Below are positions 10,016 to 20,600 of a stretch of DNA of 64,000 nt, one piece after another. The notes under the pieces were generated by a model. The model saw only the letters and a program-made list of their open reading frames with translations, was not told the origin of the DNA and did not search any database. Location of the stretch: positions 35,402 to 99,401 of the forward strand of contig CAZSQM010000005.1 in assembly GCA_964609025.1 (NCBI GenBank), written 5' to 3'. Every line of letters begins with the position of its first letter. The first letter of the stretch is position 1. The translations under genes and the position numbers were made by a program. Source of the DNA: an uncultured Lachnospiraceae bacterium (lineage in GTDB: Bacteria; Bacillota; Clostridia; Lachnospirales; Lachnospiraceae).

Positions 10016-10916
10016 CGATCAACTCGCCTGTAAACATCTTACTAATCGCATAGGTTTTCGGCAATTCCGCTTCTGCCACACGATACTTCCCAGTTTCTTT
10101 ATTATTCCATTCTTTCCTCTCAAAATAAAAGCTCATATTATCCCACATCCAATTATTTTCTATTCGTTCCGCAGGCAGTCTCATCGGCTGCGTAGTTTCG
10201 GAATGATACTGTAACATCGTTTCGTTATTCGGGTAAAACTTATATTCCTGCTCCGCAATCCAATACAGCTTATTCCCGTACTGGTAAACATACATTCCCA
10301 CATCCGGTCTGTAAACGCGCAGATATCCGTCTTTTACAATCGGCTCAAGGTCGGTTCCCGTAACATCCGGCTCACAAAATTTTTCCGGATTTGCATAGAA
10401 CAGTTCCTCTCCGTTAAAATAGATGCCGGTTCGGTACGCCTGCCGCGTTTTCCTGCATTTCAACAAAATCTCATAGCAGGCTCCCTGAAAATCTTTCTTC
10501 GGAAAGCTTGCCGTAAAGCCGGATTCGGAATAGTCATAATGATCGGAAAAATACTGATTCACATCTTCTCTGACATAATATTTCATCTTTGCAAAATAAC
10601 TTTTTTCTTTTGCTGCGTCATAGAGTACAAGCTCATACTTTTCGGCTTCCGCATCTCCCTCTATTGCAAATGCCCAGCCGGTCAATTCAATCCGATTATC
10701 CTGCTCCTCAATCTGCTCTATCTGATAAATGCAGGAAAAATCATCCTCAATCATCTTAAAATCTTCCTCGTGCTGCTTTATCAAAAAAGCATAGCCGCCC
10801 CATATGGTAGCCAACAATAGCACGCAAACCGCCAAACGCATCAGGGTACGCCTTTTTTCGATTTTATTCTTTTCTTTTTTCTCCATGCCATCCCTCCTGC
10901 ATGCTCTTTCTTTCAA
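9960..10916 (-). CDS. Hypothetical signal-anchored extracytoplasmic protein
   Basis: 318-aa ORF with a basic N-terminus followed by one TM helix (LMRLAVCVLLLATIWGGYAFLI). The remainder is rich in W, Y and E. No family recognised. Confidence 0.5.
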   Translation of the reverse strand: MKERACRRDGMEKKEKNKIEKRRTLMRLAVCVLLLATIWGGYAFLIKQHEEDFKMIEDDFSCIYQIEQIEEQDNRIELTGWAFAIEGDAEAEKYELVLYDAAKEKSYFAKMKYYVREDVNQYFSDHYDYSESGFTASFPKKDFQGACYEILLKCRKTRQAYRTGIYFNGEELFYANPEKFCEPDVTGTDLEPIVKDGYLRVYRPDVGMYVYQYGNKLYWIAEQEYKFYPNNETMLQYHSETTQPMRLPAERIENNWMWDNMSFYFERKEWNNKETGKYRVAEAELPKTYAISKMFTGELIDGEGWTWRSDFRPYYFFD

Positions 10917-11094
10917 ACCATGTCACCGGTCCTACCAGAGATTCTCCCAGACCCTATCTTTCAAAGTTCCGGTACTTCGTCCTTTGGACCCTATCATTTC
11001 CGTTTTTCAAACATGATGCCAGGAGAAACTACGACTTTTATCTTCATTCCTCCTGCGAAACCTCTCTTTTTCTGTTTTCTCAAGGCTACTTTTT

Positions 11095-12519
11095 TTACAG
11101 CACCGCATCCGTTTCTGTCAGCACTACTGCTGTCAGCGGCTTCTTTAAGCTTTTTAACTGCTCTTTCATCTGATATACGGTTTCTTTCTTCGTATACTCC
11201 TGCTTTACCGCCAACACCACCGCGTCTGCCTGTAAAACCGCTTCAATGGCTTCTGCCGCAAGCAGCGGATTCCCGGCTGCAAGGAAGCGTACACCGGTCA
11301 TGTTCTTTACGTTCTGCATGGACGACGCCAGCGCCTCCAGCTCCTCTTTCGGCAAATCCCCCACCAATGTAAGCGTCGGCTCCGCCGTATCACAAGAGAG
11401 CTTTGCCGCCTCTCCGATTTGTTTCGCCGCCGCACAAAGCCTTGCCTCATATTCTCCCGCCTTTACATCGCCTAAGAACCACCGGGAAAGCAAACGGTCA
11501 ACCCAACAAAATCTCCGCTTTCTATAAGAACGCGGCAGTTCGCCCACAAACAGACCCCAGCCGGTAAATTCATCCCTGCCCTGTACCTTCTTGGACAGAA
11601 GATACCCCAAACCGTAAAACAACACAATCAGAAAAACGATTATCGCTCCGGTCAAAACCGCCGTTTTGATTCCTTCCTTCACCGCGTCCGACTTTTTGAT
11701 GAGCGGCAGCGTGATTTTTAAGCCATCCCGTTCCCATTCCAGACGCGCAAACTGCTTTTCCGCAAGAGAGGTATTTAACTCCTCGACGGTCTGGAGGTTG
11801 TCCTTCTGCAGCTGCTCTAACTCATAGTTAATCTGGGAATATACCGAATTGTTTGTCACTAGCAGCTTGTACTCACCGACGCTCTCCAGAATCTCTGCCT
11901 GCTTCGCCCGCATTCCTTCTTCGATAAGCGTTAAAAGCTCTCTGCACGCCTCCTCGGACGCACCGCGCACGGTAAAATGGAGCAGATAGTTTTCCGCATC
12001 CGCATAAGCCGAAAGCACCTCCTGCAGATAGCGTATTTCCAACTCCGTGCCAAGCCTCTCAATCACATACTGATACAACTCGCCGTTAGTGATGTATGTG
12101 CTATATACCCGTACAATCTGATTCGCAATATTTTGATTCTGGTAAGACATGTCCGGCATAATCTGCCAGTCCGTTTCAATATAGAAATCAACGGAACCCT
12201 TCCATTCATTGTACGGGTCAATCTCCATCAGAACGGAGTTCTGATTGTACTCCTCCTGCTGACGGATTGAAGTATGAATCGTGTCGATTTCCTTCTCAAT
12301 GGCAGTTCCCTTTTGCTGATACACGGCAAGCTCGCCCAAATACTCGGTCTGACGTGCCGCGATAACCTCCGGGTCGGAAAGCTTTACAAGTTCCACAGTG
12401 CACCTTGTTCCGCCGACCACTACGGCACCTATGATACCTGCCGCCACCGCAACACGCCAATTTTTTAATGCTTTATATAGTAAACGCTTTAAGTTGATTT
12501 CCTTTTCCTGCTCGTTCAT
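11095..12519 (-). CDS. wzz: Wzz/CpsC-like polysaccharide chain-length determinant with a C-terminal degenerate BY-kinase-like domain that lacks a Walker A motif
   Basis: N-terminal Wzz signature (LKRLLYKALKNWRVAVAAGIIGAVVVGG), a long periplasmic coiled region and a second TM helix. The start is chosen at the ATG at 12519, preceded by GGAGGA. The longer ORF in the track begins at 12579. Confidence 0.65.
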   Translation of the reverse strand: MNEQEKEINLKRLLYKALKNWRVAVAAGIIGAVVVGGTRCTVELVKLSDPEVIAARQTEYLGELAVYQQKGTAIEKEIDTIHTSIRQQEEYNQNSVLMEIDPYNEWKGSVDFYIETDWQIMPDMSYQNQNIANQIVRVYSTYITNGELYQYVIERLGTELEIRYLQEVLSAYADAENYLLHFTVRGASEEACRELLTLIEEGMRAKQAEILESVGEYKLLVTNNSVYSQINYELEQLQKDNLQTVEELNTSLAEKQFARLEWERDGLKITLPLIKKSDAVKEGIKTAVLTGAIIVFLIVLFYGLGYLLSKKVQGRDEFTGWGLFVGELPRSYRKRRFCWVDRLLSRWFLGDVKAGEYEARLCAAAKQIGEAAKLSCDTAEPTLTLVGDLPKEELEALASSMQNVKNMTGVRFLAAGNPLLAAEAIEAVLQADAVVLAVKQEYTKKETVYQMKEQLKSLKKPLTAVVLTETDAVL

Positions 12520-12750
12520 AACTTCCTCCATTGCTTTCCTGTAAAAAGGCATAAAAACCCACTTGCTATCATAGCACATTTTACAATAGAAAGCAATGGA
12601 TTTTTTAGGGAGGGAAGCTACTTATGATGCATAACCGTACGACAAGAAAGGGCTGCGCACCTATGATTTTCAACCATAAATGCGGCAGCCCTTTATTTAA
12701 AAAACAGTGCTCTTGTTCATACTTTAACGAACACACGCAAACATACCTAT

Positions 12751-13626
12751 TTAACTGTCCTGCTGCGGCTTAAAGTTCTCCTTCAAACTGTTGTATAGCG
12801 GAAGAATCGCTTCTTCCGTTTCCTCCAGTTCATCCGCTATCTGCGCAACGGACTTTCCTTTTGCCAGCTTCTTCTCAATCATGGAAAGAAGCTTTTGCTG
12901 TTCGCCTCTGGATTCCGCAAATTTTTCCCGTTCCTCTATCCGTTCCTTCATCAATTCTTCTAATGCTTCACACATATCGCTCACCTTAAACCTTTCCTCG
13001 TTGGCACGAACAATGATGTTCATCACCGCACGATACAACTTATTTGTCTGATGCTTTCCGTAATCCCAAAGTAACCGCTCCGCCGCTTCCTTCTCCTTTA
13101 AATCGTTCGTCAGATTTCTCAACCATAAATTTACTTCATTCGACAGCTTTTTCGTTACAATCAGTTGGATTTTGAACAGCGTATCCGAAATATAGTATAT
13201 TCCTTTTTCCTTCTCTTCAATTACGCGATACTGCTTCTGTTTCAAATACCGAATCAGTTCCCGAGGATAATGACTACACACAAAGGATATGGTAAGTTCT
13301 TCTGCTTTAATTTTATCAATCTCACCGGTATCGGACTTGTAAAAGCAAGTATACCCATATACTTTGTAAAAATCGTCAATACTCAGATAATCCTCCGGAC
13401 TCTTGTACTCTATAATATTATAGGTACGAAAAATACGCCCGATATTCTTCCTTATCTGTCGTTCTTTATTCTTCTTGATGATAAGCACATCAAGCTGCAT
13501 CGGTTTTGAGCTTAACATATGCTCGCTTTCAAACTCCAAATACTCTGCCTCCTCTGACAGTTCAATTTGAAGCCCTGCATAAAATGCAGGATGCCACTGT
13601 AACATCTTTTCTTTTTCTTCTTCCAT
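12751..13626 (-). CDS. Rpn-family recombination-promoting nuclease / putative transposase (YhgA-like PD-(D/E)XK)
   Basis: The N-terminus WHPAFYAG...LDVLIIKK and the C-terminal helix-rich tail are typical of Rpn/YhgA-like proteins in Firmicutes. The start is at the ATG at 13626, preceded by AGGAGG (MEEEKEK...). Confidence 0.65.
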   Translation of the reverse strand: MEEEKEKMLQWHPAFYAGLQIELSEEAEYLEFESEHMLSSKPMQLDVLIIKKNKERQIRKNIGRIFRTYNIIEYKSPEDYLSIDDFYKVYGYTCFYKSDTGEIDKIKAEELTISFVCSHYPRELIRYLKQKQYRVIEEKEKGIYYISDTLFKIQLIVTKKLSNEVNLWLRNLTNDLKEKEAAERLLWDYGKHQTNKLYRAVMNIIVRANEERFKVSDMCEALEELMKERIEEREKFAESRGEQQKLLSMIEKKLAKGKSVAQIADELEETEEAILPLYNSLKENFKPQQDS

Positions 13627-13906
13627 GTAACCTCCTTCTGTAATTATCAGGAGCTTACATTTTTTAGAAAACTCCTGCTTAACTAAGTGAATCAAAAGCA
13701 TGAATTTTCCAAAGAAACAGTCCGTCGCCTCACTGACACGACCACTGCCGATATAGAATTCAGAACGCATAAGTTGAAATCTCTGCATCAGAAAAAAAGA
13801 AAATATGCTTTGCTTTTAAAATAACATGTTTCCGAAAAAAAAGCAAGAAAATTCTCCTTCGCAAACTGTGCAACATAACTCATTCATCCTTTGCAACCCT
13901 TTCCCT

Positions 13907-15793
13907 TTATTTCCCCTTCGGCACCTTGTATGTCGGCACAATTTTTTGTACCATACTCCTTACTTCGCCGGTTTCCTCGTAAACGGCGTCCTTTAAGACG
14001 GCAAGGCTTTCAAAGAACTCCTCGTCCTCCATTTCAATCGGCTTTGCCACCGAAATACGGTCATTGGCCGTCTTTTCCAGGCCTTCCTCCGCCATCAGGC
14101 GCTCTTCGTAGAGCTTTTCGCCCGGACGAAGCCCGGTGAACTCAATCATAATATCCTCGTTGGGCGTATAACCGGAAAGGCGAATCAGGTTCTTTGCCAG
14201 GTCCACAATCTTTACCGGCTCTCCCATGTCAAGCACAAAGATTTCGCCGCCCTTTGCAAAGGCGCCTGCCTCCAGCACAAGGGAAACCGCCTCCGGTATC
14301 GTCATAAAGTAGCGGATAATGTCAGGGTGCGTCACCGTGACCGGTCCGCCCTCCTTAATCTGCTGCTTAAAGAGCGGAATTACGCTGCCGTTGCTGCCGA
14401 GAACGTTGCCGAAACGCACCGCTACATACTCCGTTTCCGAGCGGCGGTTATACGCCTGTACAATCATTTCGCAGATACGCTTGCTGGCACCCATAATATT
14501 CGTCGGGTTGACCGCCTTGTCGGTGGAAATCAGCACAAAACGCTCCACGCCGTAACGGTCTGCCGCCTGTACGGTCTTTAACGTACCGAATACATTGTTT
14601 TTGATTGCCTCGTTAGGACTGTCCTCCATAAGCGGTACATGCTTATGCGCCGCCGCGTGGAACACAATGTTCGGAAGGTACTGCTCGAAAATAGCATTCA
14701 TCCGGTTTGTATTCCGGACGGAAGCAATCAGCACCACAAGGTTCAGCTTCGGGTACTTTCTCTTTAATTCCTGCTGTATCTCATAGGCATTATTCTCATA
14801 GATATCCACAATGACAAGCTGCTTCGGCTTTGCCGCCGCAATCTGTCTGCAAAGCTCGCTGCCGATCGAGCCGCCGCCGCCCGTCACCAGCACGACCTGA
14901 TCTCCGAGATAGCCGGTAATGGCGGATAAATCTACCGTAACCGGTTCCCTGCCGAGCAAATCCTCGATTTCCACATGACGCAGGCTGCTGACCCGGACTT
15001 CTTTATTGACAAGCTGGTACACGCCGGGAAGCGTTTTTAATTCACAGCCGGTTTCGTTGCAAAGCTTCGCAATCTCCGCAATCTTTTTTCTTGATACGGA
15101 CGGCATCGCAATGATGATTTCATCAATCTGATACTGCTTTGCCGCAGACAGAATACATTCTCTTCCGCCGATAATGCGGCAGCCCTGTATCATTCTGCCC
15201 TTTAATTCCGCGTCATCGTCAATGACGCATTCCACATGCTTGTGAAGGTGGTCGCTGGTTTTCAACTCACGAATCAGCACATCCGCCGCAGCGCCGGCGC
15301 CCACTACCATCACACGGGAAACCTCCGCCCCTCTTTGTCTGTCCAACAGCTTCTTTTTCATACGTCTGACAAGACGGTAGGCAAAACGCGTCATAACCGT
15401 AATGCATGCCAGCACTCCCGCATATAAAAACCAGTAGCTGCGCGGCATCCGAAGCCCCGCAAGACTCATTCCGATGAGCTGGAGCAACGTGACAACAAGC
15501 ACCGCCATCACAATCTGCTGTAATTCATACAGCCCCGCATAGCGCCAGACGCTGTGATAAAGTCGGAAAAACCAAAACGCCACAAGTACCGTCAGAATAT
15601 TCGGCAATAAGGTCTGCCATACATTTTCCAGATACGGTTCCTGAATTTTTTCAAACGAAAGGTCAAAACGCAGCATAAGTCCCAATACGGAAGCCGCAAC
15701 AACCGCAGCCGCATCTAAAATCAGCAGAAAAATCTGCCGCAGCACCAACTCCTTATCAGGAACCCGGTTACCCATCATTCGCTTTCCCATCAT
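13907..15793 (-). CDS. capD: Polysaccharide biosynthesis protein CapD/EpsC/PglF-like, a membrane-anchored NDP-sugar 4,6-dehydratase
   Basis: An N-terminal block of four TM helices is followed by a Rossmann SDR domain (VLVTGGGGSIGSELCRQI). 628 aa. Confidence 0.8.
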   Translation of the reverse strand: MMGKRMMGNRVPDKELVLRQIFLLILDAAAVVAASVLGLMLRFDLSFEKIQEPYLENVWQTLLPNILTVLVAFWFFRLYHSVWRYAGLYELQQIVMAVLVVTLLQLIGMSLAGLRMPRSYWFLYAGVLACITVMTRFAYRLVRRMKKKLLDRQRGAEVSRVMVVGAGAAADVLIRELKTSDHLHKHVECVIDDDAELKGRMIQGCRIIGGRECILSAAKQYQIDEIIIAMPSVSRKKIAEIAKLCNETGCELKTLPGVYQLVNKEVRVSSLRHVEIEDLLGREPVTVDLSAITGYLGDQVVLVTGGGGSIGSELCRQIAAAKPKQLVIVDIYENNAYEIQQELKRKYPKLNLVVLIASVRNTNRMNAIFEQYLPNIVFHAAAHKHVPLMEDSPNEAIKNNVFGTLKTVQAADRYGVERFVLISTDKAVNPTNIMGASKRICEMIVQAYNRRSETEYVAVRFGNVLGSNGSVIPLFKQQIKEGGPVTVTHPDIIRYFMTIPEAVSLVLEAGAFAKGGEIFVLDMGEPVKIVDLAKNLIRLSGYTPNEDIMIEFTGLRPGEKLYEERLMAEEGLEKTANDRISVAKPIEMEDEEFFESLAVLKDAVYEETGEVRSMVQKIVPTYKVPKGK

Positions 15794-15894
15794 CCATTTC
15801 CCTCTTTTGCTTTCTTACTTTTCTCTTTTCATACCGAAAAATCAAATTATTTTCATCATAGCACCTTATATTAAAAAAGACAAGCGGGAAAAAT

Positions 15895-16494
15895 TTACTC
15901 TGTCAGACCGGAATGCGTACCGCAGCTTCCGCAGGCCCCGCAGCCGCCGCACCCCTGCGCTACCTGATTTCCCGCTGCGTCAAAGGCATAGACTGCCATA
16001 TTCCCACCGTCTTCCAGGTAGTCGCCTACCGTAGTTAACAGGCATACCGCCTGTGCCGCAATGCCTTCGCCCCTTCCGGTAAAGCCAAGACCTTCTTCCG
16101 TTGTTGCCTTGACATTCACCTGATTTTGCGCAATTCCGAGTGCTTCCGCTATGTTGGTACGCATTTCGGCAATGTACGGAGCAAGCTTCGGACGCTGCGC
16201 GATAATCGTAGCGTCAATATTGCCGATCAGGTAATGCTCCTCCGCAAGCAAGTCCGCCACTCTTTTCAAGAGCACCATACTGGATATCCCGTCGTACTCC
16301 GGGGCGCTGTCCGGGAAATGCCTGCCGATGTCGCCAAGCGCCGCCGCCCCGAGCAGTGCGTCCATAATCGCATGCAGCAGGACGTCCGCGTCGGAATGTC
16401 CTAGCAGCCCCTTTTCGTAAGGAATCGCAACTCCTCCGAGAATAAGTGTGCGGTTTTCCGTCAAACGATGTACATCATAACCTGTTCCGATTCT
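15895..16494 (-). CDS. ispF: 2-C-methyl-D-erythritol 2,4-cyclodiphosphate synthase (IspF) with an unusual Cys/Gly-rich C-terminal extension of about 40 aa
   Basis: [12 protein letters not shown]...[11 protein letters not shown]... is the canonical IspF sequence. The start is at the ATG at 16494. The tail reads ...[20 protein letters not shown]. Confidence 0.85.
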   Translation of the reverse strand, partial: RIGTGYDVHRLTENRTLILGGVAIPYEKGLLGHSDADVLLHAIMDALLGAAALGDIGRHFPDSAPEYDGISSMVLLKRVADLLAEEHYLIGNIDATIIAQRPKLAPYIAEMRTNIAEALGIAQNQVNVKATTEEGLGFTGRGEGIAAQAVCLLTTVGDYLEDGGNMAVYAFDAAGNQVAQGCGGCGACGSCGTHSGLTE

Positions 16495-17644
16495 CATCAT
16501 AAACCTCCTTATAGTATGCCTCGAATGCCGACGGCATCGGGTACTTTTTCTGCATTTCTTCCGGGCTTGCAAAGAGCCATTCGTCCGTTTGCACCAACTC
16601 TTTTTCCCCGGTCAGCCTGCGCATCATTTGAATGAACCGTTCCTGCGCTTTTTCGCCGGCATCTTCCGCTTCTATCCAAATTCCCTCCATGTGCCACTCC
16701 ACATGAGAGAAAATATGCTTTGCTTTTTTACGCTTCTTTACCTCCGCGGTCTTTTCCAACTCCGGCAGAGCAGTCATAAGCGGAGAAGCCGGTCGTTCCT
16801 CCCCCGCAGGCGTCCCGCTTTCGGTTAAGAAGTTCGGAAACTCCCACATGCCCGCAAGCAGACCTTTCTTTTCTCTGCGGTGCAGTAAAAACTTTCCGCC
16901 GCAGGAAATCAAACAAACCATGCGTTTCTCAATGCGCCGTTCCTTCTTTGCAGACTTTACCGGCAGTTCCGTTTCCCGTCCCGCATGAAACGCCCTGCAC
17001 AAATGCATCACCGGACACCGGTCGCATAAAGGCTTCCCGTTCGGCAGGCAGACGGTTGCTCCAAGTTCCATCAAAGACTGGTTGAAATCCCCTGACCGCG
17101 CCGGTAATATCATTGTTAAATCTTCTTTTAATTTCTGTTTTGTCTGCTCTTTTGCAATATCTTCTTCCTTGCAGGCAATCCGGCTCATGACCCGCAGAAC
17201 ATTTCCGTCCACCGCAGGATAAGGCAGTCCGAACGCAATAGAGGCGATTGCCCCCGCCGTATAATCTCCGATGCCGGGCAGCGCGCGCAGCTTTTCATAA
17301 TCCGCAGGCATTTCTCCGCCGTACTGCTCCGTGATGATACGCGCCGCCTTCTGCATATTGCGGACGCGGTTATAATAACCTAAGCCCTCCCACAGCTTCA
17401 GCAATTCTTCTTCCTCCGCGGCCGCTAACGCCGTGATGTCCGGTAAATGCGTCAAAAAGCGGTCATAGTATCCCCTGACCGCCTCGACTCTCGTCTGCTG
17501 AAGCATAATTTCCGACACCCAGACATGATACGGGGTCGGCTCCTCCCGCCACGGCAATATCCGCCTGTTATAATCGTACCACTGCAAAAGATACGGTACC
17601 GTTTCGGCATAAATTTTCCTCTGTTCCTGTCTTTCCAAAACCAC
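16475..17644 (-). CDS. mutY: A/G-specific adenine DNA glycosylase MutY
   Basis: HhH-GPD motif region (ILPWR...[15 protein letters not shown]), a 4Fe-4S Cys cluster (CxxxxxxCxxC...C) and a C-terminal NUDIX-like domain. Confidence 0.85.
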   Translation of the reverse strand: MVLERQEQRKIYAETVPYLLQWYDYNRRILPWREEPTPYHVWVSEIMLQQTRVEAVRGYYDRFLTHLPDITALAAAEEEELLKLWEGLGYYNRVRNMQKAARIITEQYGGEMPADYEKLRALPGIGDYTAGAIASIAFGLPYPAVDGNVLRVMSRIACKEEDIAKEQTKQKLKEDLTMILPARSGDFNQSLMELGATVCLPNGKPLCDRCPVMHLCRAFHAGRETELPVKSAKKERRIEKRMVCLISCGGKFLLHRREKKGLLAGMWEFPNFLTESGTPAGEERPASPLMTALPELEKTAEVKKRKKAKHIFSHVEWHMEGIWIEAEDAGEKAQERFIQMMRRLTGEKELVQTDEWLFASPEEMQKKYPMPSAFEAYYKEVYDENRNRL

Positions 17645-17667
17645 CGCTCCTATTCTTTCTTACAGAA

Positions 17668-20600
17668 TCATTTTTCCGCCCCGTAATCCACAAAGCTGAT
17701 ATTCATATCGGCATTTCCTTTGATTCCGTCCACCTTGCCCGTATGCGTATACTGCCACATTGTGAAATCATACGGGTAGTATATGGAGTCACCGTAGTAC
17801 GCATACCAGAAATCATATGCCGACAACTGTCCCAAATCAAGCTTTAAAATCGACCAGCGCGTATTGGCATACAGCACCGGCGTATAGCCTGCCGCCGCAA
17901 TCTCGTCCATAAATGCCTTGGCACAGGCGGTCCGCACTTCTCTGGACAGGGAATTTGCCCGCGCGGCCTTGTAGCTTGTAATCTCCTCCGTGTCGTAGGC
18001 AACCGGCCATGTAATGTCATAGCCTCTCAGATTTTCTATCACAAATGCCGCTTCTTCCTTTGCTTCCTCCACGTTAGTCGCCTGGGTAAAGAAATAAACG
18101 CCCACCTGAATTCCTGCCGCAAGCGCGCCCTCTACATTCTGTTTAAAATACGGGTCCAGTTCGCAGGTGCCGTTGGTTCCCATGCCGCGGAAACCGAGGC
18201 GGAGCATCGCAAACTCCACGCCGGAAGCCGCCACCTTATCCCATTCGATTTTTTCCTGATATTTGGAAACGTCGACTCCTTTTACGGATACTGTTTTCCC
18301 ATCCTCCACATAACGGTATTCCCCGCTTTCGTCCTTTACAAAGCCCGCCGGGTCATAGGCGTTTTCTTTCAACTCCTCCCGGATTGGAATTAACAGCTTT
18401 TCGCCCAAATCGCCGACCACCGTAATCCGCTCCTTTCCGGCTTCTTCCCGAGTCACGCCGTGAATGACGGAATCGCCGCCCACATCTCCGTAGTCCTCCT
18501 CGGCATAGGCGTAGAAGTCCAGCCGGTTCAGTACATAGGCATGATCGGAAAGCGTAAGTTTCCCGACCACCTTCCCCAGATAGGCACCGGAAGATACCAC
18601 ATAGGCGTCAAAGCGCAGCCCGTCCTCTTCCAGCGTATAAACCAGCCCCTCGTCCGACCGGATTGCATAGTCCGCAATATCAAAATCCCCGGCCGTCTTC
18701 GGTACGGAGAACAGATAGGACACGCCGCCGATGACCGTATCAATCTGCAGCTCGTTTCCGTCTTCCGCATAAGCGCCCACATCCGCCAGCAGTGCCAGTT
18801 CCTTGTCATACGAAAGGATCCGGTACTCCTGTAACGTCTTTGCGTCCACAATGCGAAGCTTGTCCGCATCTGCCGCAAAAAAGGCATACTGCTCCGCTCC
18901 CGAGGCATTATAAACGCCGCGCGCAGGGCAAAGCGTTTCCGGCTCGTCAAAGCTGTAATCCCAGAAATATACCGCTTTTTCGTCGGCATTTTCCAGATAA
19001 ACATACTTCCCGCCGTCCTCTGAAACCTCATTCGGATAGCAGACGCGAAGGCCCTCTCCCTCGATGCAGATATACTCTTTTTCGTCTATCTCCGTTACAA
19101 ACGCCCGGTACCCCTCCGGCAATCCGCAGGAGGCGGCATATGCCTCCGGGTTTTCTATGTAACGCCGCACTTCGTCCTCTGCTCCCGGCTGCTCCGCAAA
19201 CGCCGGAGTATCCGGTTCCTTTGCCGAAATTCCGAACACCTTTGCCGCCTTCGGCAGCTTGTTTACAAAAAATGCGTCCACCGAAGTCTTCGCCCGCAGG
19301 AAGCCTTTCCCTACCGGCTCCGCAAACAGATAGCAAAGCGCTGACAGAAAGAGTACGCCTATCAGATGGCCCGCAAAAATGCCGACTGCCCGTCTGCCCT
19401 TCTTCTTTGCGGTCTTCTTATCCTGCTTTCTGCGTGGCTTTGCCTGACTCTGCGCATTCTCCGCTTCCGCTGCCGCAAGCTCCGCGATTTTCTCCTGCTT
19501 CTTTGTAAGCTCCCGCAGCTCCCCGTCCGACAGCCCGGCCTCGGCGCAGTAATCAAAATAAATCGCATAACGGTCGTTGTAATGCTTATAATACGGCGTA
19601 AACAGCAGTTCCCCGTCGGCGTCGGTACCGAACAGGAAAAATGCCGTTTCTCCTTCCAGCTTTACAAAGTTTTTCTTACAGTTTGCAAACCACTCACGCA
19701 CACTGATATTTTTTATCAGAATTTTCTCCCGTACCGGCACGTTCTTCGTCGGTATCGTAACATTTACGCCGGTCAGCTCGGTGGTCATCGCGCTCTGTTC
19801 CAGCCCGGCCGCCAGCACAAACGGACCGTAGGTTACGGCTGCGCTGTACGGGGCGTCCGGCAAAGGATGCAACGTGATTTCCGGGAAAAACCGCAGCGAA
19901 ATCTGCTCCTTTGTTTCCCAGCTGCGGTCTAAAAGAAGATAGCCCTGCTTTACCGTATAATCTGCCGGTTCGCCGCCGATTTTCAGTTCGAACCGGCCGT
20001 TCGTCCATTCCGGAATCCGCAGGCAGAGAGTAAAACGCTTCGGCTCCTCCAAGATGAGCGTAAATGTAACGGAATCAAAGTGATTCAGGTCTGTTTTTTG
20101 AGTTAAAACCAAATTTAATTTTTTATCATGTAGAACAGAAGCCAGATACAGGTTGACATACAGCCTGTCTTCTCCGGCATGATAGATGGCGCCGTTCAGC
20201 TTTGTAAAGTTCTCCATGCCGGTACCGGTACAGCACCAGAAATTCTCATAAGGCGTGCTGTATGTCTTAAAGTACCCCGCCGCCATCGGCTGAAAATACG
20301 TTGTCATACCGGTTTCCGGATTCTGCGAACCGAGGATGGCATTCAAAAATGTCCGCTCGTAAAAATCCATATACTTCTTCTCGCCGGTGACAAAATATAA
20401 GCCTTCCGCAAGCTTTAACATATTGTGCGTATTACAGGTTTCACAGTTGCACTGCGTCCGCTCTTTCCCGAGGGACCCCGGCGCACGGAAATGCTCCCAT
20501 TCGCTGTTGCCGCCGGTGACATAGGTATGGTTCTTCGTCACGATATCAAAGAAAGACTGTGCCGCCTTGAAATAAAAGGCTTCGGACTCTCCCAGCGCAA

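Noticed and set aside
12751-13788. Longer 345-aa version of the Rpn ORF starting at 13788
   Set aside because: The first 54 codons have no RBS and carry no Rpn-family sequence. The ATG at 13626 has a perfect AGGAGG RBS and begins the conserved N-terminus.
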